64,000 nt of DNA from Eledone cirrhosa (lineage: Eukaryota): contig OZ024742.1 in NCBI GenBank assembly GCA_964016885.1, positions 169,074,001 through 169,138,000 on the forward strand, written 5' to 3'. The translations under genes were made by a program, and so were the position numbers. A model generated the notes under the pieces. The model saw nothing but the letters and a program-made list of their open reading frames with translations, was not told where the DNA came from and did not search any database. This document shows positions 43,339-57,334 of the stretch, in pieces (the stretch's first letter is position 1; each line of letters starts with the position of its first letter).

Positions 43339-45584
43339 TCAACCTCTCAAAGACACCTCTAACCAACACACAAATCAACATTTTAAGTAAGGGCCTGAAA
43401 TTTACACCTACACCACGTAAACCAAACTTCCCCGAAATGAAGGATGACATCATGGAATACTGCCGAAAGCTGCGACTAACGGAATTCTTCCACAACGACA
43501 CCAACACTGAAGACGAATCACTGGTTAGAAATAAAAGCAATTTCTGCCCACAAAAGGGAAGAAATAAAGCACTGGACACGTACTGCGAACACATCACCAA
43601 CTTTCCCTATGAAAAAATTACAAATAAACACACGAAATCAAACCTATCTACACACGAATGGGAAGAATTATTCACACTTAGAAACAACCCTGAGATAACT
43701 ATCAAAGAAGCCGATAAAGGCAGTACTGTTGTGATTATGAATACGGACTACTATAGGACCCTCGCACTTAACATTTTAGAAAACAACACATACTATGAAA
43801 AAACAGAAAACTACAAACACACCAAAACAATGGGGAACCTTTTGACCTTACTGAATAAATACCGCAACAGCTTAACCACAAAAGAGTTTAACTATATAAG
43901 CCACTTCAAATGCAATACAAGCTCTTTTTACGGCTTACCGAAACTTCACAAATGTAAACCCATAAACGATGCATGTGACACCTCAACCAACAATTACATT
44001 GAACTAACACCACCAGAAGACCTAAAACTCAGGCCAATTATAGCAGGCCCTACATGTGAAACCCACAGACTTAGCAACTTTCTGGACATCCTACTGAAAC
44101 CCTTTCTACAACATATACAGAGCTACATACGAGATGACCTTGACATGCTGAAACACCTCCCTAAAACAGTAAGTGCAAATACAATTCTTGTCTCCTTTGA
44201 CGTAATAAACCTCTACACAAACATACCTCACAACTATGGAATAACAGCAGTCCAATACTGGCTTAACACACACCCATCAGAAATACCGACACGCATCAAC
44301 ACAGATTTTATCACTGACGGACTCCGCTTTATCCTACAAAATAACTACTTCACATTCAATGGTTCAACATACAGACAAGTATCAGGTACGGCAATGGGCA
44401 CGAAAGTAGCACCCACATATGCCAACCTAGTCATGGGATTCCATGAACAACAAATATACAGTCAGTCCCTTCTCTTATTTGGAGACTCTTTCCACACACA
44501 CCTCAAAGCCAATTGGAAAAGATATCTAGACGACTGCTTTATCCTATGGCAAGAAGACATGAACTCACTTACTACGTTTAAAAACATGATAAACAACATA
44601 GATAATAACATACAATTCACAATGGAATCCAATCCTAAGGAATTAGCCTTCTTGGATATTCTCATCTCTGTAATAGACGAGAAATTAGATACAGATATAT
44701 TCTATAAACCCACAGATTCCAAGCAATACCTCTTTTTCACATCAAGTCACCCAAAACATACAAAACTTAACATTCCTTACAATTTGGCCAAACGTATATG
44801 TACCATAGTATCAGATCCACCTAAACGGGAGCAAAGACTAAAGGAACTAAAAGACACCCTTATCTTAAGAGCCTTTCCACTTGAAATAATCAACAATGGA
44901 ATAGACAGGGCAAAACACCTAAATCCCCATCAACTTAACAATCCAAAACAGAAAACCACACTCAACACCCTGCCATATGTATCCACTTTCAACCCCAGAA
45001 ATACCGAAATGTTTGATCACCTACACAAAAACCTCCCCATCCTACTTAAAGATGTAAAAATGAAGTCTATTCTTGAAACACACAAGATCCTTAAAAGTAA
45101 AAGACAACCCAAATCACTTAAACGCATTCTCACTGGACCAAATATACCCAAACCAATCCTCAACCCTACAGTTACCAAATGTGGTAGAACAAACTGTGGA
45201 ACGTGCCTCTACCTCACTGAAGGACAAACATTTACATTCAAAGATGGCCAAACATTTACAGTAAAAAACAATTTCACCTGCAACTCGGAGAACTTGATTT
45301 ACGCAATAACTTGCGGTGGGTGCAAACACAACTACATAGGACAGACGGGCACCTCATTACGCAAAAGAATGACCATCCACCGCCAACAAATCCGGGACGC
45401 TAACACAAGAAAAATCCCCTTGAGCAGCCATATTGCGAACTGCGCAGGAATGACACTACCCAACTTTAAAATCTTCCCCTTCTACAAGTGCTCAGATTCG
45501 TTCACACAACAACAAAGAATAAACAAAGAAAATCTATTCCTTAACAAATTTAAACCAAAACTAAACGGGTTATCACCCCAATAG
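43308..45584 (+). CDS. PLE reverse transcriptase + Cys-rich linker + GIY-YIG endonuclease (758 aa from the first ATG; probably expressed as an ORF1 fusion)
   Basis: ADKG, FYGLPKLHK, LRPIIAG, SFDVINLYTNIP, QVSGTAMG, RYLDD, FLDI, YKPTD..YL...SSHP, CGRTNCGTC, LIYAITC..C..NYIGQT, RMTIH and P.LN motifs. Confidence 0.96.
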   Translation: MAPPQEKPKIINLSKTPLTNTQINILSKGLKFTPTPRKPNFPEMKDDIMEYCRKLRLTEFFHNDTNTEDESLVRNKSNFCPQKGRNKALDTYCEHITNFPYEKITNKHTKSNLSTHEWEELFTLRNNPEITIKEADKGSTVVIMNTDYYRTLALNILENNTYYEKTENYKHTKTMGNLLTLLNKYRNSLTTKEFNYISHFKCNTSSFYGLPKLHKCKPINDACDTSTNNYIELTPPEDLKLRPIIAGPTCETHRLSNFLDILLKPFLQHIQSYIRDDLDMLKHLPKTVSANTILVSFDVINLYTNIPHNYGITAVQYWLNTHPSEIPTRINTDFITDGLRFILQNNYFTFNGSTYRQVSGTAMGTKVAPTYANLVMGFHEQQIYSQSLLLFGDSFHTHLKANWKRYLDDCFILWQEDMNSLTTFKNMINNIDNNIQFTMESNPKELAFLDILISVIDEKLDTDIFYKPTDSKQYLFFTSSHPKHTKLNIPYNLAKRICTIVSDPPKREQRLKELKDTLILRAFPLEIINNGIDRAKHLNPHQLNNPKQKTTLNTLPYVSTFNPRNTEMFDHLHKNLPILLKDVKMKSILETHKILKSKRQPKSLKRILTGPNIPKPILNPTVTKCGRTNCGTCLYLTEGQTFTFKDGQTFTVKNNFTCNSENLIYAITCGGCKHNYIGQTGTSLRKRMTIHRQQIRDANTRKIPLSSHIANCAGMTLPNFKIFPFYKCSDSFTQQQRINKENLFLNKFKPKLNGLSPQ

Positions 45585-47286
<1,702 letters not shown>

Positions 47287-47319
47287 AAAACGAATGAATG
47301 TAGATTAACACAGATAAGC

Positions 47320-47603
47320 TATACAGTAGGGTTTATTCCAATCATTAACATATGTTTCATTGTCTAGTACGTAATCGAATGTTTCTTAAAATCACTATCT
47401 ACAATGTTATTGTGAAATTCGATTTTAAATACTGCTTATATCAGGCAAATTATCAAACGCAGTGTTTTGATAATTTGCCTGATATAAGCAGTATTTATAA
47501 TCAAATTTCACAATAACATTGTAGATAGTGATTTTAAGACACATTCGATTACGTACTAGACAATGAAACATATGTAAATGCTTGGAATAAATCCTACTGT
47601 ATA
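47320..47603. repeat. Foldback hairpin with about 138-bp arms and an 8-nt spacer (possible MITE)
   Basis: 47320-47457 is the reverse complement of 47466-47603 with a few mismatches; ends read TA|CAGTAGG...CCTACTG|TA. Confidence 0.85.
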
Positions 47604-47827
47604 ATCTTCATTCATGCATTATTAATATACCAGGAACTGCTTACCTCGGAACTGCCCGAAATTGGCTATCCGAATGTCACAACTAAGTAAATATCTTGTT
47701 GAGTCAACCAACGACGCATGTTAAGATCCTCCGTGGTACAGATTACTCATAACCTCTCCTTGGATTACCCTAAACGATACTTCATTTACACTGATATATA
47801 TATATACACACACACATATATATGTAT

Positions 47828-50800
47828 CAGCCATTACGGTTCTCACTTCCAACCCCACCTCCACCACATTCGGTATACATGCCCGACGCTGTATGCTAAC
47901 CACTCCCTCATGAATATATCATAGAACAGACAAGGAGCAGACGGAGCTCCGTAAGCCGTAATGTAGGCAACTCGTCTAGGAGAGCTACCACTCCGAATAA
48001 ATTAGTGAAGGGGTAGAGAAGTCCCCTAAGTCCAGTAAGACAACTTCCCTAGTGCTGGTGGCACAAATAAAAACACCCAGTCCATGCTGTAAAATGGAGA
48101 GGTGGATAGGGCCCCTGAGTCCAGTAGACGACCTCTCTAGTGTTGGTGGCATAAATAAAAGCACTTAGTCCATGCTGTAAAATGGAGGGGTAAAGAGGGC
48201 CCCTGAGACAACCTCTCTAGTGCTGGTGGCACGAATAAAAGCACCCAGCACATGCTGTAAAGTGGTGCTGGTGTTAGGAAGGGCATCCAACCAGTATATA
48301 TGCCAAAATCTATGAGCGCAACGAATGAAATGTGCAACAACTGAGTAAACAGCAATAACACTAACCATGTTAGGGCTGCGCACGGCAGTGGGGTGGCTGG
48401 TGCGGCCATGTGTGAGACCCCCCTCCCCGACCGTCATCAAGCAATCGCACAAAAACAACTGCGTAAACAGCAATAACACTAACCATGTTAGGGCTGCGCA
48501 TGGTAGTGGGGTGGCTAATGAGGCCATGTGTGAGAACCCTACGCCCGTCATCAAGTAATCGCACAACAGGAAAAAGAACGAGACGTCGCATCTCAGAGTT
48601 TCCACACTTAATGTTGGCACTCTAACAAGTAGATCTGGTGAGATAGTGGAGATGTTGGAGAGAAGGCATGTGGATGTGTGCTGTGTGCAAGAGGTGAGGT
48701 GGAGAGGTGCCTCTGCAAGACTAATCGCAAACAAACATCGTAGTTATAAGCTTTTCTGGGTGGGTAATGATGATGGGTTAGGTGGGGTGGGCATATTACT
48801 GGCTGAGAGATGGATCAATAAGACAATAGAGGTAGTTAGAGTTAGTAATAGAATAATTAAGCTTAGATTAGTTGTAGGCAGGAGACTACTGACAATCATC
48901 TCTGCCTATGCTCCCCAAGTAGGCCTAGGTAAAGAAGAGAAAGACTGCTTTTATGAGCAACTTTTACAAACAGCCTCAATGAGAGAGGACAGAGACATTG
49001 TTATGCTAGCAGGGGACTTCAGTGGACATGTGGGACAGCTCCAGGATGGATACACTGGGGTACATGGCGGGCACGGTTATGGCTCAAGAAATGAAGAAGG
49101 AGTGAGGCTTCTTGAATTTTGTGATGCAAATGCACTAACCATTTGCAACACTAACTTCCAGAAGCCTACCAACCACCTAATAACCTACAAATCAGGCGAG
49201 CACATAAGCCAGATTGAGTTCCTGTTAGTTAGACAGATGGTGTCAAATACTAAGGCATACCCCGGGGAAGAATGTACCCCACAGCATAGGTTAGTCGTTA
49301 GTGACATCTCAGTAAGCAAGAGAAAGAATAAGACATACAGGAAGATGTGGAGAAGAAAGGTCTGTAAGCTAAAAGACCTTTCATTGAAATATAAATTTAG
49401 CAAAGCCCTTCAAGATGTGTATGATGGAAAAGAAGACGTGTATGACATAGATGATAACTGGAATTTCTTGCGTGACAACTTACTGCAGGCTACTGAAGAA
49501 ACTTGTGGTTGGGGCAGAGCTTCAACCAGACAGAGAGTGACCTGGTGGTGGAACAGCACGGTAGATAGGGCCATTAGAGACAAAATACTGGCATGGAAGG
49601 CTTGGAAAAATGGTGGGAGTAGAGAAGGATACACAGCCGCTAAGAGAGAAGCTAGACATCAGGTGTACTTAGCACGCAGGGAGGCTGAGAGTTGGAGGTT
49701 AGCCAATGTTCTGTGAGGGGAAGATCAGAGATGTGCGGTGTTCTGCATTGCAAGGCAATGTGTCAGTGCAAATCAGGATGTTGTTGGAGATAAGTGTGTC
49801 CGGAATAATACCAGTGTACTTAGTGTCACGAATGATCAAAAAAAGGAGGCCTGGAAATGTCATTATGAGAGACTGGTGAATGTGGAGAACGAATGGGACA
49901 GAGAGAAATTACCCCCCAGTAGACCCGACAGAGAGACCAGCTATTGAGATTAATGAATATAGGGTACAAGAGGCAATTAAGGAAATGAAGAATGGTAAGG
50001 CTGCTGGACCATCAGGGATAGTTACTGAGATGCTGAAGGCATCAGGAGAAGTAGGCACTAAGCTAGTTGCACGTATCATTAATCAAGCTATATATGGTGG
50101 TGTCATACCCAAAGACTGGTGCAGCAGTATTCTCATAAATTGCTACAAAGGTAAAGTGGATGCTCTAGAGAGGAACAATTATAGGGGCATAAAGCTGATG
50201 GATCAGGTTATGAAAGTGGCAGAGAGAATATTAGTGCAACTGATTAGAGAAAGAGTCAAATTAGATGAGATGCTGTTTGGTTTTGTGCCTCAGAAAAGTA
50301 CAACAGATGCCCTCTTCTCAGTGAAGCAACTACAAGAGGTTCTTAGCGAAGAATAAGCCACTATACTTGACTTTTGTTGACCTAGAGAAGGCCTTTGATA
50401 GGGTACCCCGATCTGTCATCTGGTGGTCCCTAAGGAAATTAGGTGTAGAGAAATGGCTTGTGAGGACAGTGCAAGCTATGTACAGGGTGCTGTCAGTAAA
50501 GTGAGAATAGGAATGGAGTTTAGTGAGGAATTCCAGATACAAGTAGGTGTACATCAGGGTTCGGTCCTCAGCCCGCTCTTGTTCATTATAGTCCTCCAAG
50601 CCATAACAGAGGAGTTTAAGACTGGCTGCTCATGGGAACTTCTCTATGCTGATGATCTGGTTCTTATAGCAGAATTAGTAGAGGAGCTAGAGAATAAATT
50701 CTGGCTATGGAAAAAGCAGTTGGAATCAAGAGGCCTGAGAGTGAACATAGCTAAAACAAAAGTGTTGATAAGTAGAAGAGAGGACAATACTCTGATTCCA

Positions 50801-51616
50801 TCAGAGAAATGGCCATGTTCAATATGTAGGAAACATAAAATGTACGCAATGCAGATCTTGGGTACACAAGAGATGTAGTGGGATAGCAGGCAAACTAACA
50901 GGTAGGGAAAACTATGTATGCAGTAGATGTACAGGGAAGTTTGGCAGTAGTAATTGCAGTGATAGACACATTTTTCCAATGCAGGTGGGTTCTATAAAAG
51001 TGGTTGACAGCTTCTGGCACCTAGGTGATTAGATTAGCATGGGAGAGGGTGTTCCGAGGCCATAGTATCTAGAATAAGGACGGGTTGGAAGAAGTTTAGG
51101 GAGCTGCTTCCTCTGTTGACAAAGAAAGGTTTCTCCCTGCGTATGAAAGGACGGTTGTATGATGCCTGTGTGAGATGTGCAATGCTGCATGGTAGTGAGA
51201 CATGGGCAGCAACTGCAGAAGATATGCGACGGCTGGAGAGAAATGAAGCAAGTATGCTCCGTTGGATGTACAATGTCAATGTGCGTGAACAACCAAGCAT
51301 AGACGAGTTGAGAAAGAAACTGGGTATAAGAGGGATAAGTTGTGGTGTTCAGGAGAGAAGGCTGAGATGGTATGGACATGTGATACGCATGGAGGATGAC
51401 CGCTGGGTAAAGAAGTGCCAAGAAATCCCAGTAGAAGGAAGACGCAGTAGAGGTAGACCACAAAAAACATGGGTGGAGGTGGTGAGAGCAGACCTCAGAT
51501 CGCTGAGACTCACTGAGGATATGGCGAAGGACCGTGACAAGTGGAGAGATGCTGTGTTGAATAGGACCCGTTCAACCCTTGCAAGCAGGGAAAAGCAGAC
51601 GTAAAATGATGATGAT
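47828..51616 (+). mobile_element. Near full-length, disrupted RTE-clade LINE (5' UTR, APE endonuclease, RT, PHD-like finger, (GAT)n tail)
   Basis: TLNVGTL, CVQEVRW, SAYAPQ, GDFSGH and QHRLV (APE); NYRGIKL, GVHQGSVLSP, LYADD, LHGSETW and RRLRWYGH (RT); stop at 49714 and several frameshifts; 3' end TAAAATGATGATGAT. Confidence 0.93.
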
Positions 51617-51644
51617 TTTATATATATATATATATATAAATACA

Positions 51645-51950
51645 TATTCAACATAATCATCAGGTCGAGCTTACTCGGCTTTCAACGACACGTTTCCTCC
51701 ATCCATCTCTGTCTCTCATAGCGTTTGCCAGTTCTTCCGCAGTGCATGCAGTATCGACCTCAAGTTGTTTGACGTATGTCTTCTTGGGATGACCAGCGTT
51801 TCTTGCTCCATGAGATGGACTCCATAACAACACATCACCTGCTATTTCTTCTTTGCTGTGCCAACAGTGGCCAGCAAATCGGAGTCTCTGTCCACGTATT
51901 GACCTGCTGATAGGTGGTATATTGCCATAGAGATCCTTATTTGTTGGAAA
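51645..51950 (-). mobile_element. 3' fragment of a third RTE-type LINE
   Basis: TNKDLYG..P.IS..IR.QRLRFAGHCW..K.E....LLW.P.HG....G.P..TY..QL..D...AMRDRDGWR; TGATGA-type tail. Confidence 0.88.
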
Positions 51951-51978
51951 TATATATATATATATATATATATATATT

Positions 51979-54209
51979 CTAGAGCAGGAAAAATTCCCGA
52001 TATCCATGGACGAGTTCTCTCCGGCGGTCTCTGTCCTTCATTATCGCTGCCATGTCTTGCGTCTCCAACAGACCAGTGTCTGTCCTTGGGGCATCAACAT
52101 ACATTAACCTTCGTCTTCCTCTTCCAGTGTGTCCATGTAGGGTCTCCCACAGGTGCATTGAGTGCAATGTCAACTCTGGATGTCGGTGAGCATGTCCAGC
52201 TAACCTCAATCTCCTCTGTGTCACTTTTGAGCTGACTTTTGGGAGGCTCCCATACAGATCTGAGTTTTTCATCCTCAGTGTATACTGATTAATGTTCAGA
52301 GCCATCCTCAGCATTCTCGTGTAGCACCCATCCACCATCTGAGTGAGTTTCTTGGTCAGTGTCCAAGTCTCAGACCCGTACAGCAGCACAGACTCCACTA
52401 CAGCAATGAAGAGGCGGATTTTCAGGTCTTTACGAAGGTCTGACTTCCACACCGATCTCAAGCTGTGGCACGCCGACCAGGCTTTGCTCTTCCTCTCAAC
52501 CACATCACCTTCCGCATTCCCAATCTTTGCTCCCAAATACAGGAAGTCCTCAACCAATTCTAGCGGCTTCCCGCCTACATTAGTGATCTCCTCTGGCTTC
52601 TCAACATTCTCTACCAGATATTTTGTTTTAGTCTCATTCATTCTCAGCCCACACTCATCGACACAGTCTCAACCTCCTGCATCAAATCCTCTGCCTCCTT
52701 CACTGTATTTGTCACCAAAACTATGTTGTCGGCAAATTCAGCATCCGATATCTTTTTTGCCTTAACTCTCCTGCTCTGAGCCAGTACTACAGTAAAGCCA
52801 GAGTCCTGGCGTTTCTCCAGTGCAAGGCACATACAATAGTCCACTACGATGAAAAAAGGTAGGGAGCCAATGTATCTCCCTGGAGCACTCCACCCAGTAT
52901 CTCAAAGAACTCTGTCATCCCATCAGGTGTAATGACTTAGGCTTTGGTGTTGGTGTAGAGCAGTGATATCAGGTCCACTATCTTCTTGGGGATTCCATAA
53001 GCCTGTAAGATCTTCTTCAGGCAGTGACAGTCCACAGAATCAAAGGCATTCCTAAAGTCAATGAAAACCATGACCGCAGGAAGGCACTTTGCTCTAGCTC
53101 CCTCTAATATTCTGCTCAGCATCAGGATGTGACTGGTGGTTGATCTTCCCTCTCTGAAGCCGTTCTGGTTGTCCCTAAGCTTCTTCTCCATCTCAGGCTG
53201 GATCCTATTAAGAATCATCCTGTTGAGGGTCTTTGCCATAAGCGACGTCAGTGAGATCCCTCTGTAGTTGTTGGTGTTAGAGAGATCTCCTTTCATTGGC
53301 ACTGGGACGATGTTACTGATCCTCCACTGATTCGGGGCAACTCCTTTCTCCAGTGCCTGGTTACAGAACCCCAGGATGATATCATCAAAATCACACCTCT
53401 TCATCACCTCTGATGCCACTCCATCTTCTCCATGAGCCTTGCCCTCCTTGATTTTCTTCTCTGCTCTCTGAAGCTCCTCTCTGGTGAAGGGCTCTGTCTT
53501 CAGATAGCCGCCTGATCTCCCCAGTGCTCTGGGCTGTGGAGGGCGGCTCTCCTAGTAGGGTCCTAAAATGGTCTAGCCATTTCCTCTTCCTATCCTCAGG
53601 CCCTGTTCCCTGGATCTGACTCGAACACCTTCTCTTCCTCCCTGTGATCTCGTTGATGATCATCCAGCTCTCCTTACATCCAGACCTGTCAACCGCTCTC
53701 TCCACACTTCTGATCTTCTCTATCAGTGCCTCCTCTCTGGCCTCAGTGTAAGCGGTACAGAGTTCTTCCCTCATCACCTCCATAGTCTCCATCCTCTCCT
53801 CTGTAGGATCAGCATAGAATTGGTCCTTGGCAGCTTTCAGGTGTTTTCTGACTGCACACACATTTGGGTCTGCAGAGCTGACGTGCTTCCTTTTGTTCTT
53901 TCTCCTTGACACCAGGGTCTCACTTGCTTCCGCCACTGCATTGTTGAAGTGCCCGTACCTCCTTGTCACACTCTCCTCAGTCCATCCAATCTCTCTCTCC
54001 TCTGTCTCTCCACACAGAGCACTGAACCTGTTCCTCACTTCCACTGTGAACCTCTCCTGTAGCTTATCATCTTCCTTGAAAGCTCCCCAGTCATAGATTG
54101 CTCTCCGGGGCTGAGCCTTGCTCTTTCTTAAGCAGCACACCCGGACCTCACTCATAACAAGCCGGTGGTCACTACCCAGTGTACTGAAATAGTTGTATGA
54201 ACACAGAAC

Positions 54210-54212
<3 letters not shown>
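51979..54212 (-). mobile_element. 5'-truncated, disrupted RTE-clade LINE (same family as 37245-38453)
   Basis: SDHRLV (end of APE), [24 protein letters not shown] and FIDFRNAFDSV; protein nearly identical to the 37299 ORF but broken by stops and frameshifts. Confidence 0.93.
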
Positions 54213-54242
<30 letters not shown>

Positions 54243-54387
54243 TGAGTATATGTTGGTTGTATACCAACACCTCAGTATGCAGATTTGAGCACTCGACGAA
54301 GTGCGCAGGTTGGTTTGGTTACTCCGGAGTAATGTAAAATAAAATAAAATAAATAAGTCAAATGTTTAAAATTTAGCTTCGTTTATT

Positions 54388-54442
54388 ACTGCTATATATA
54401 TTTCGGTGACAGCCATCTTTGGCTGTGACCTCTTCAGGCAGT
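54388..54442 (-). ncRNA. Type I hammerhead ribozyme (inverted copy of 57029-57083)
   Basis: Exact reverse complement (coordinate sum 111471). Confidence 0.85.
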
Positions 54443-55439
54443 CCGAATTAGTGTGGTATAGACAAGTATATATGTTGTTGAGGTGTATAACTTTGTCAAT
54501 ACTCTGATATGCCCAGTTCTTGGTTGGGTTGTTATTTCACTGAGGAACTGGAATCATATGAATTCAAACAAACGAATTTCAGTGTCAAAGGGCCTCTTCT
54601 CCTCTCATTGGTCAGTTGTTAGAACATTCCTCATTCAAAAGTCTATAGAAATTCGTTCTGAGGCAAGCCAATCTGTAGTTGTTGTTCTTGTTATTGTTAG
54701 GTACATCTGACCTCAATTCTTGTGTTGGTAGTGTTGTTATTGTTGGAGTTAGCTCAAAAAAATTGATAAAGTGGTAGAAGGAATAAGATGGTAAAGGAAC
54801 AAAATAACAAAAAAATGTCAAACTTCCCATTGGTCAGTTTTGAAAGCATTCCTCAGTCAGAAGTCTATAGAAATTCTTTCTGGGGTGAGGCTCCCTGTAG
54901 TGTTTGTGTTTGCTATTGTTAAGTACATTTGACCTCTACCCTTATTTTGGTAGTGTTGTTGGTGTTGTGGTCAGCTTATATCTTGCTGCTGCTGACAATT
55001 TAGAAGTATCTGTGTGTGTGTTTTTTCATCCCTCCTGCCACCATCTCCCATGGTGGTGGTGGTGGTGGGGGGGTTCTTCCATGTATATGAAGAAATATAA
55101 GGCAATAAAATGAAGAAAACAGAAAATAAATAATAAATAGAGAATAAAGAATAAATGAAAAATTAATGAAAATGAATATGGAGAAGTGAAAAATAAAATG
55201 AAGATTCAAATAAAGTAAGATAAAGTGTGTGTGTGCTATAACCAATCTCAAGGTCAGAAATATGTTGGATAGATTGGTATCTACCTCACAATAGATCTCC
55301 CAGTGCGGGCAACGACGACCCCACAGATTCGGACCGTGAAGATAGCAAAACGCATAACGCCCAAAGGGGAAGCAACAGTGCGGGAACCACCAGCAACCCA
55401 ACAAATCTCCAACAACTCACGACGCCCCCGACCCACACA

Positions 55440-56226
55440 TATAGGAGGAGACACAGAAAAATCACGTGGTACAACCCACCCTACTCAGCGGCCCTAAAGA
55501 ACAGCTTGGCCCGATCATTCTTTGGACCACTTGATAAATGCTTCCCGAGGGACCATAGATACCACAGGATCTTCAACAGACACACTGTGAAGCTCTCGTA
55601 TTCCACCACGAGAAATCTGGCCCAACACATAGCTAGCATCAACAGGAGTAGGCTTAAAAACCACACATAACCAGAAGATGGCAATACAAGCACTCAGCAG
55701 AACCATGTGAAAGGAGGGAAGGGGGGACCCAGTGCCCACCCAAGACACCCAAACAGACCCGGGGACCCCCCACCGTGCCTGGAGGAAGACCACCATGTAA
55801 CACCTAACGGGAACCCCAATCTAGGCACGCAGAGGTCGACCACCCTCTGCAACTGCAGAAACCCCGAATCATGCCCCCTTGGTAATGAATGCCTTAAGAA
55901 GAACCTAGTATACGGTTGTAGGGTTAAAACCCCCAACTCCGAACACCTCTACATAGGAGCCACATCAATGAGCTTTAAAGAGCGCTGGTACAACCATCGC
56001 CATTCCTTCAATAAGGAGGCCAAAAGGAAAAGCACGGCTCTATCCGACCTGATCTTGAAGCTTAAGCTGGACAGGACCCCATACTCTCTGGCCTGGTACA
56101 TAATCAGGAAAGTACCACCTGATAAAGGAGGATCTTGTATATGCAAACTATGCCTGAACAAGACCCTCGAGGTGGAAGCGGCCTGATAAACCTCAGAACC
56201 GACTTCTTCGGGACATGCAGACACCT
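55440..56226 (+). pseudogene. Disrupted PLE RT thumb / GIY-YIG coding remnant
   Basis: Motifs as listed for the 54241-57122 element, with an in-frame stop near 55668 and a frameshift near 56170. Confidence 0.85.
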
Positions 56227-57028
56227 CAGAGACAGTAGCAACACAAGATGTGAACTCCCCTCAAGCTATAGGGACTTCTCCAGAACATGTAGACACCTCT
56301 CGGCCAGACCTCCCTCAAAATATATGGGCAATAACAACACCCTAGGTTGAGAACTCCCCTCAAGCCATAGGGACCAACCCAGGCTGAGCAGACACCATGA
56401 TAGCCTAGAGATTGATTCGGACACAGCCATTATAATTTGGCCAACATCTTTATAAGACAAACACATTTTAATTTACTTGATTTCTGATTTTTCAATTTTT
56501 CAATTTTTCAATCTTGATTTCTCTTTATTAATTTGTTATTTGTTTTCTGTTCTCTTCACTTTATCACCTTATATTTCTTTTTAAGTTGAGATTGGTTATA
56601 ACACAAACACATTTTATTTGATTATCTTATTCTTTTATTCTTTTACTATCTTGTTCCTCATACCAATCTATCCAACATATTTCTGACCTTGAGATTGGTT
56701 ATAGCACACACACATTTTATCTTACTTTATTTGAATCTTCATTTTATTTTTCACTTCTCCATATTCATTTTCATTACTTTTTCATTAATTTTTCATTTAT
56801 TCTTTATTCGCTATTTATTATTTACTTTCTGTTTTCTTCATTTTATTGCCTTATATTTCTTCATATACATGGAAGAGGCTCTTTGACATTGAAATTCGTT
56901 TGTTTGAATTCATATGATTCCAGTTCCTCAGTGAAATAACAACCCAACCAGGAACTGGGCATATCAGAGTATTGACAAAGTTATACACCTCAACAACATA
57001 TGTACTTGTCTATACCACACTAATTCGG

Positions 57029-57083
57029 ACTGCCTGAAGAGGTCACAGCCAAAGATGGCTGTCACCGAAATATATATAGCAGT
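57029..57083 (+). ncRNA. Type I hammerhead ribozyme
   Basis: Stem I acugc/gcagu; CUGAAGA; stem II ggu-c-acagcc/ggcugu-c-acc; GAAA; palindromic AUAUAUAU stem III; AUA cleavage triplet after 57078. Confidence 0.87.
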
Positions 57084-57128
57084 AATAAACATTTGACTTA
57101 TTTATTTTATTTTATTTTATTTTATATA

Positions 57129-57204
<76 letters not shown>

Positions 57205-57334
57205 AACATATATATTTATTTATTTATATAAATACATATAGAGGTTGACTGTCCGTCTTTCCGTTGTTTTTTTTCCAATGTCTTTGTCCTGTGCACCCCT
57301 ATTTTGAATATATATATATATATATTTTTTTTTT

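Larger units (their letters stand above)
54241..57122 (+). mobile_element. 5'-truncated PLE of a third family (Nematis-like CNCR..CPL..C linker) with inverted pLTRs (54336-55280 / 56660-57122)
   Basis: TWYNPPYS...DKCFP..H..HRIFNRHTVKLSYS (about 55462-55670), CNCRNPESCPLGNEC, LVY...YIGAT..FKERWYNH, CKLCL, frameshifted LINLR..FGTCRH; inverted repeats carry hammerheads. The clade name comes from memory of linker motifs. Confidence 0.88.

Noticed and set aside
43308-45584. Naiad/Chlamys-type permuted or selenoprotein PLE, or telomerase
   Set aside because: The GIY-YIG domain is C-terminal, there is no in-frame UGA, and no TERT-specific motifs were seen.
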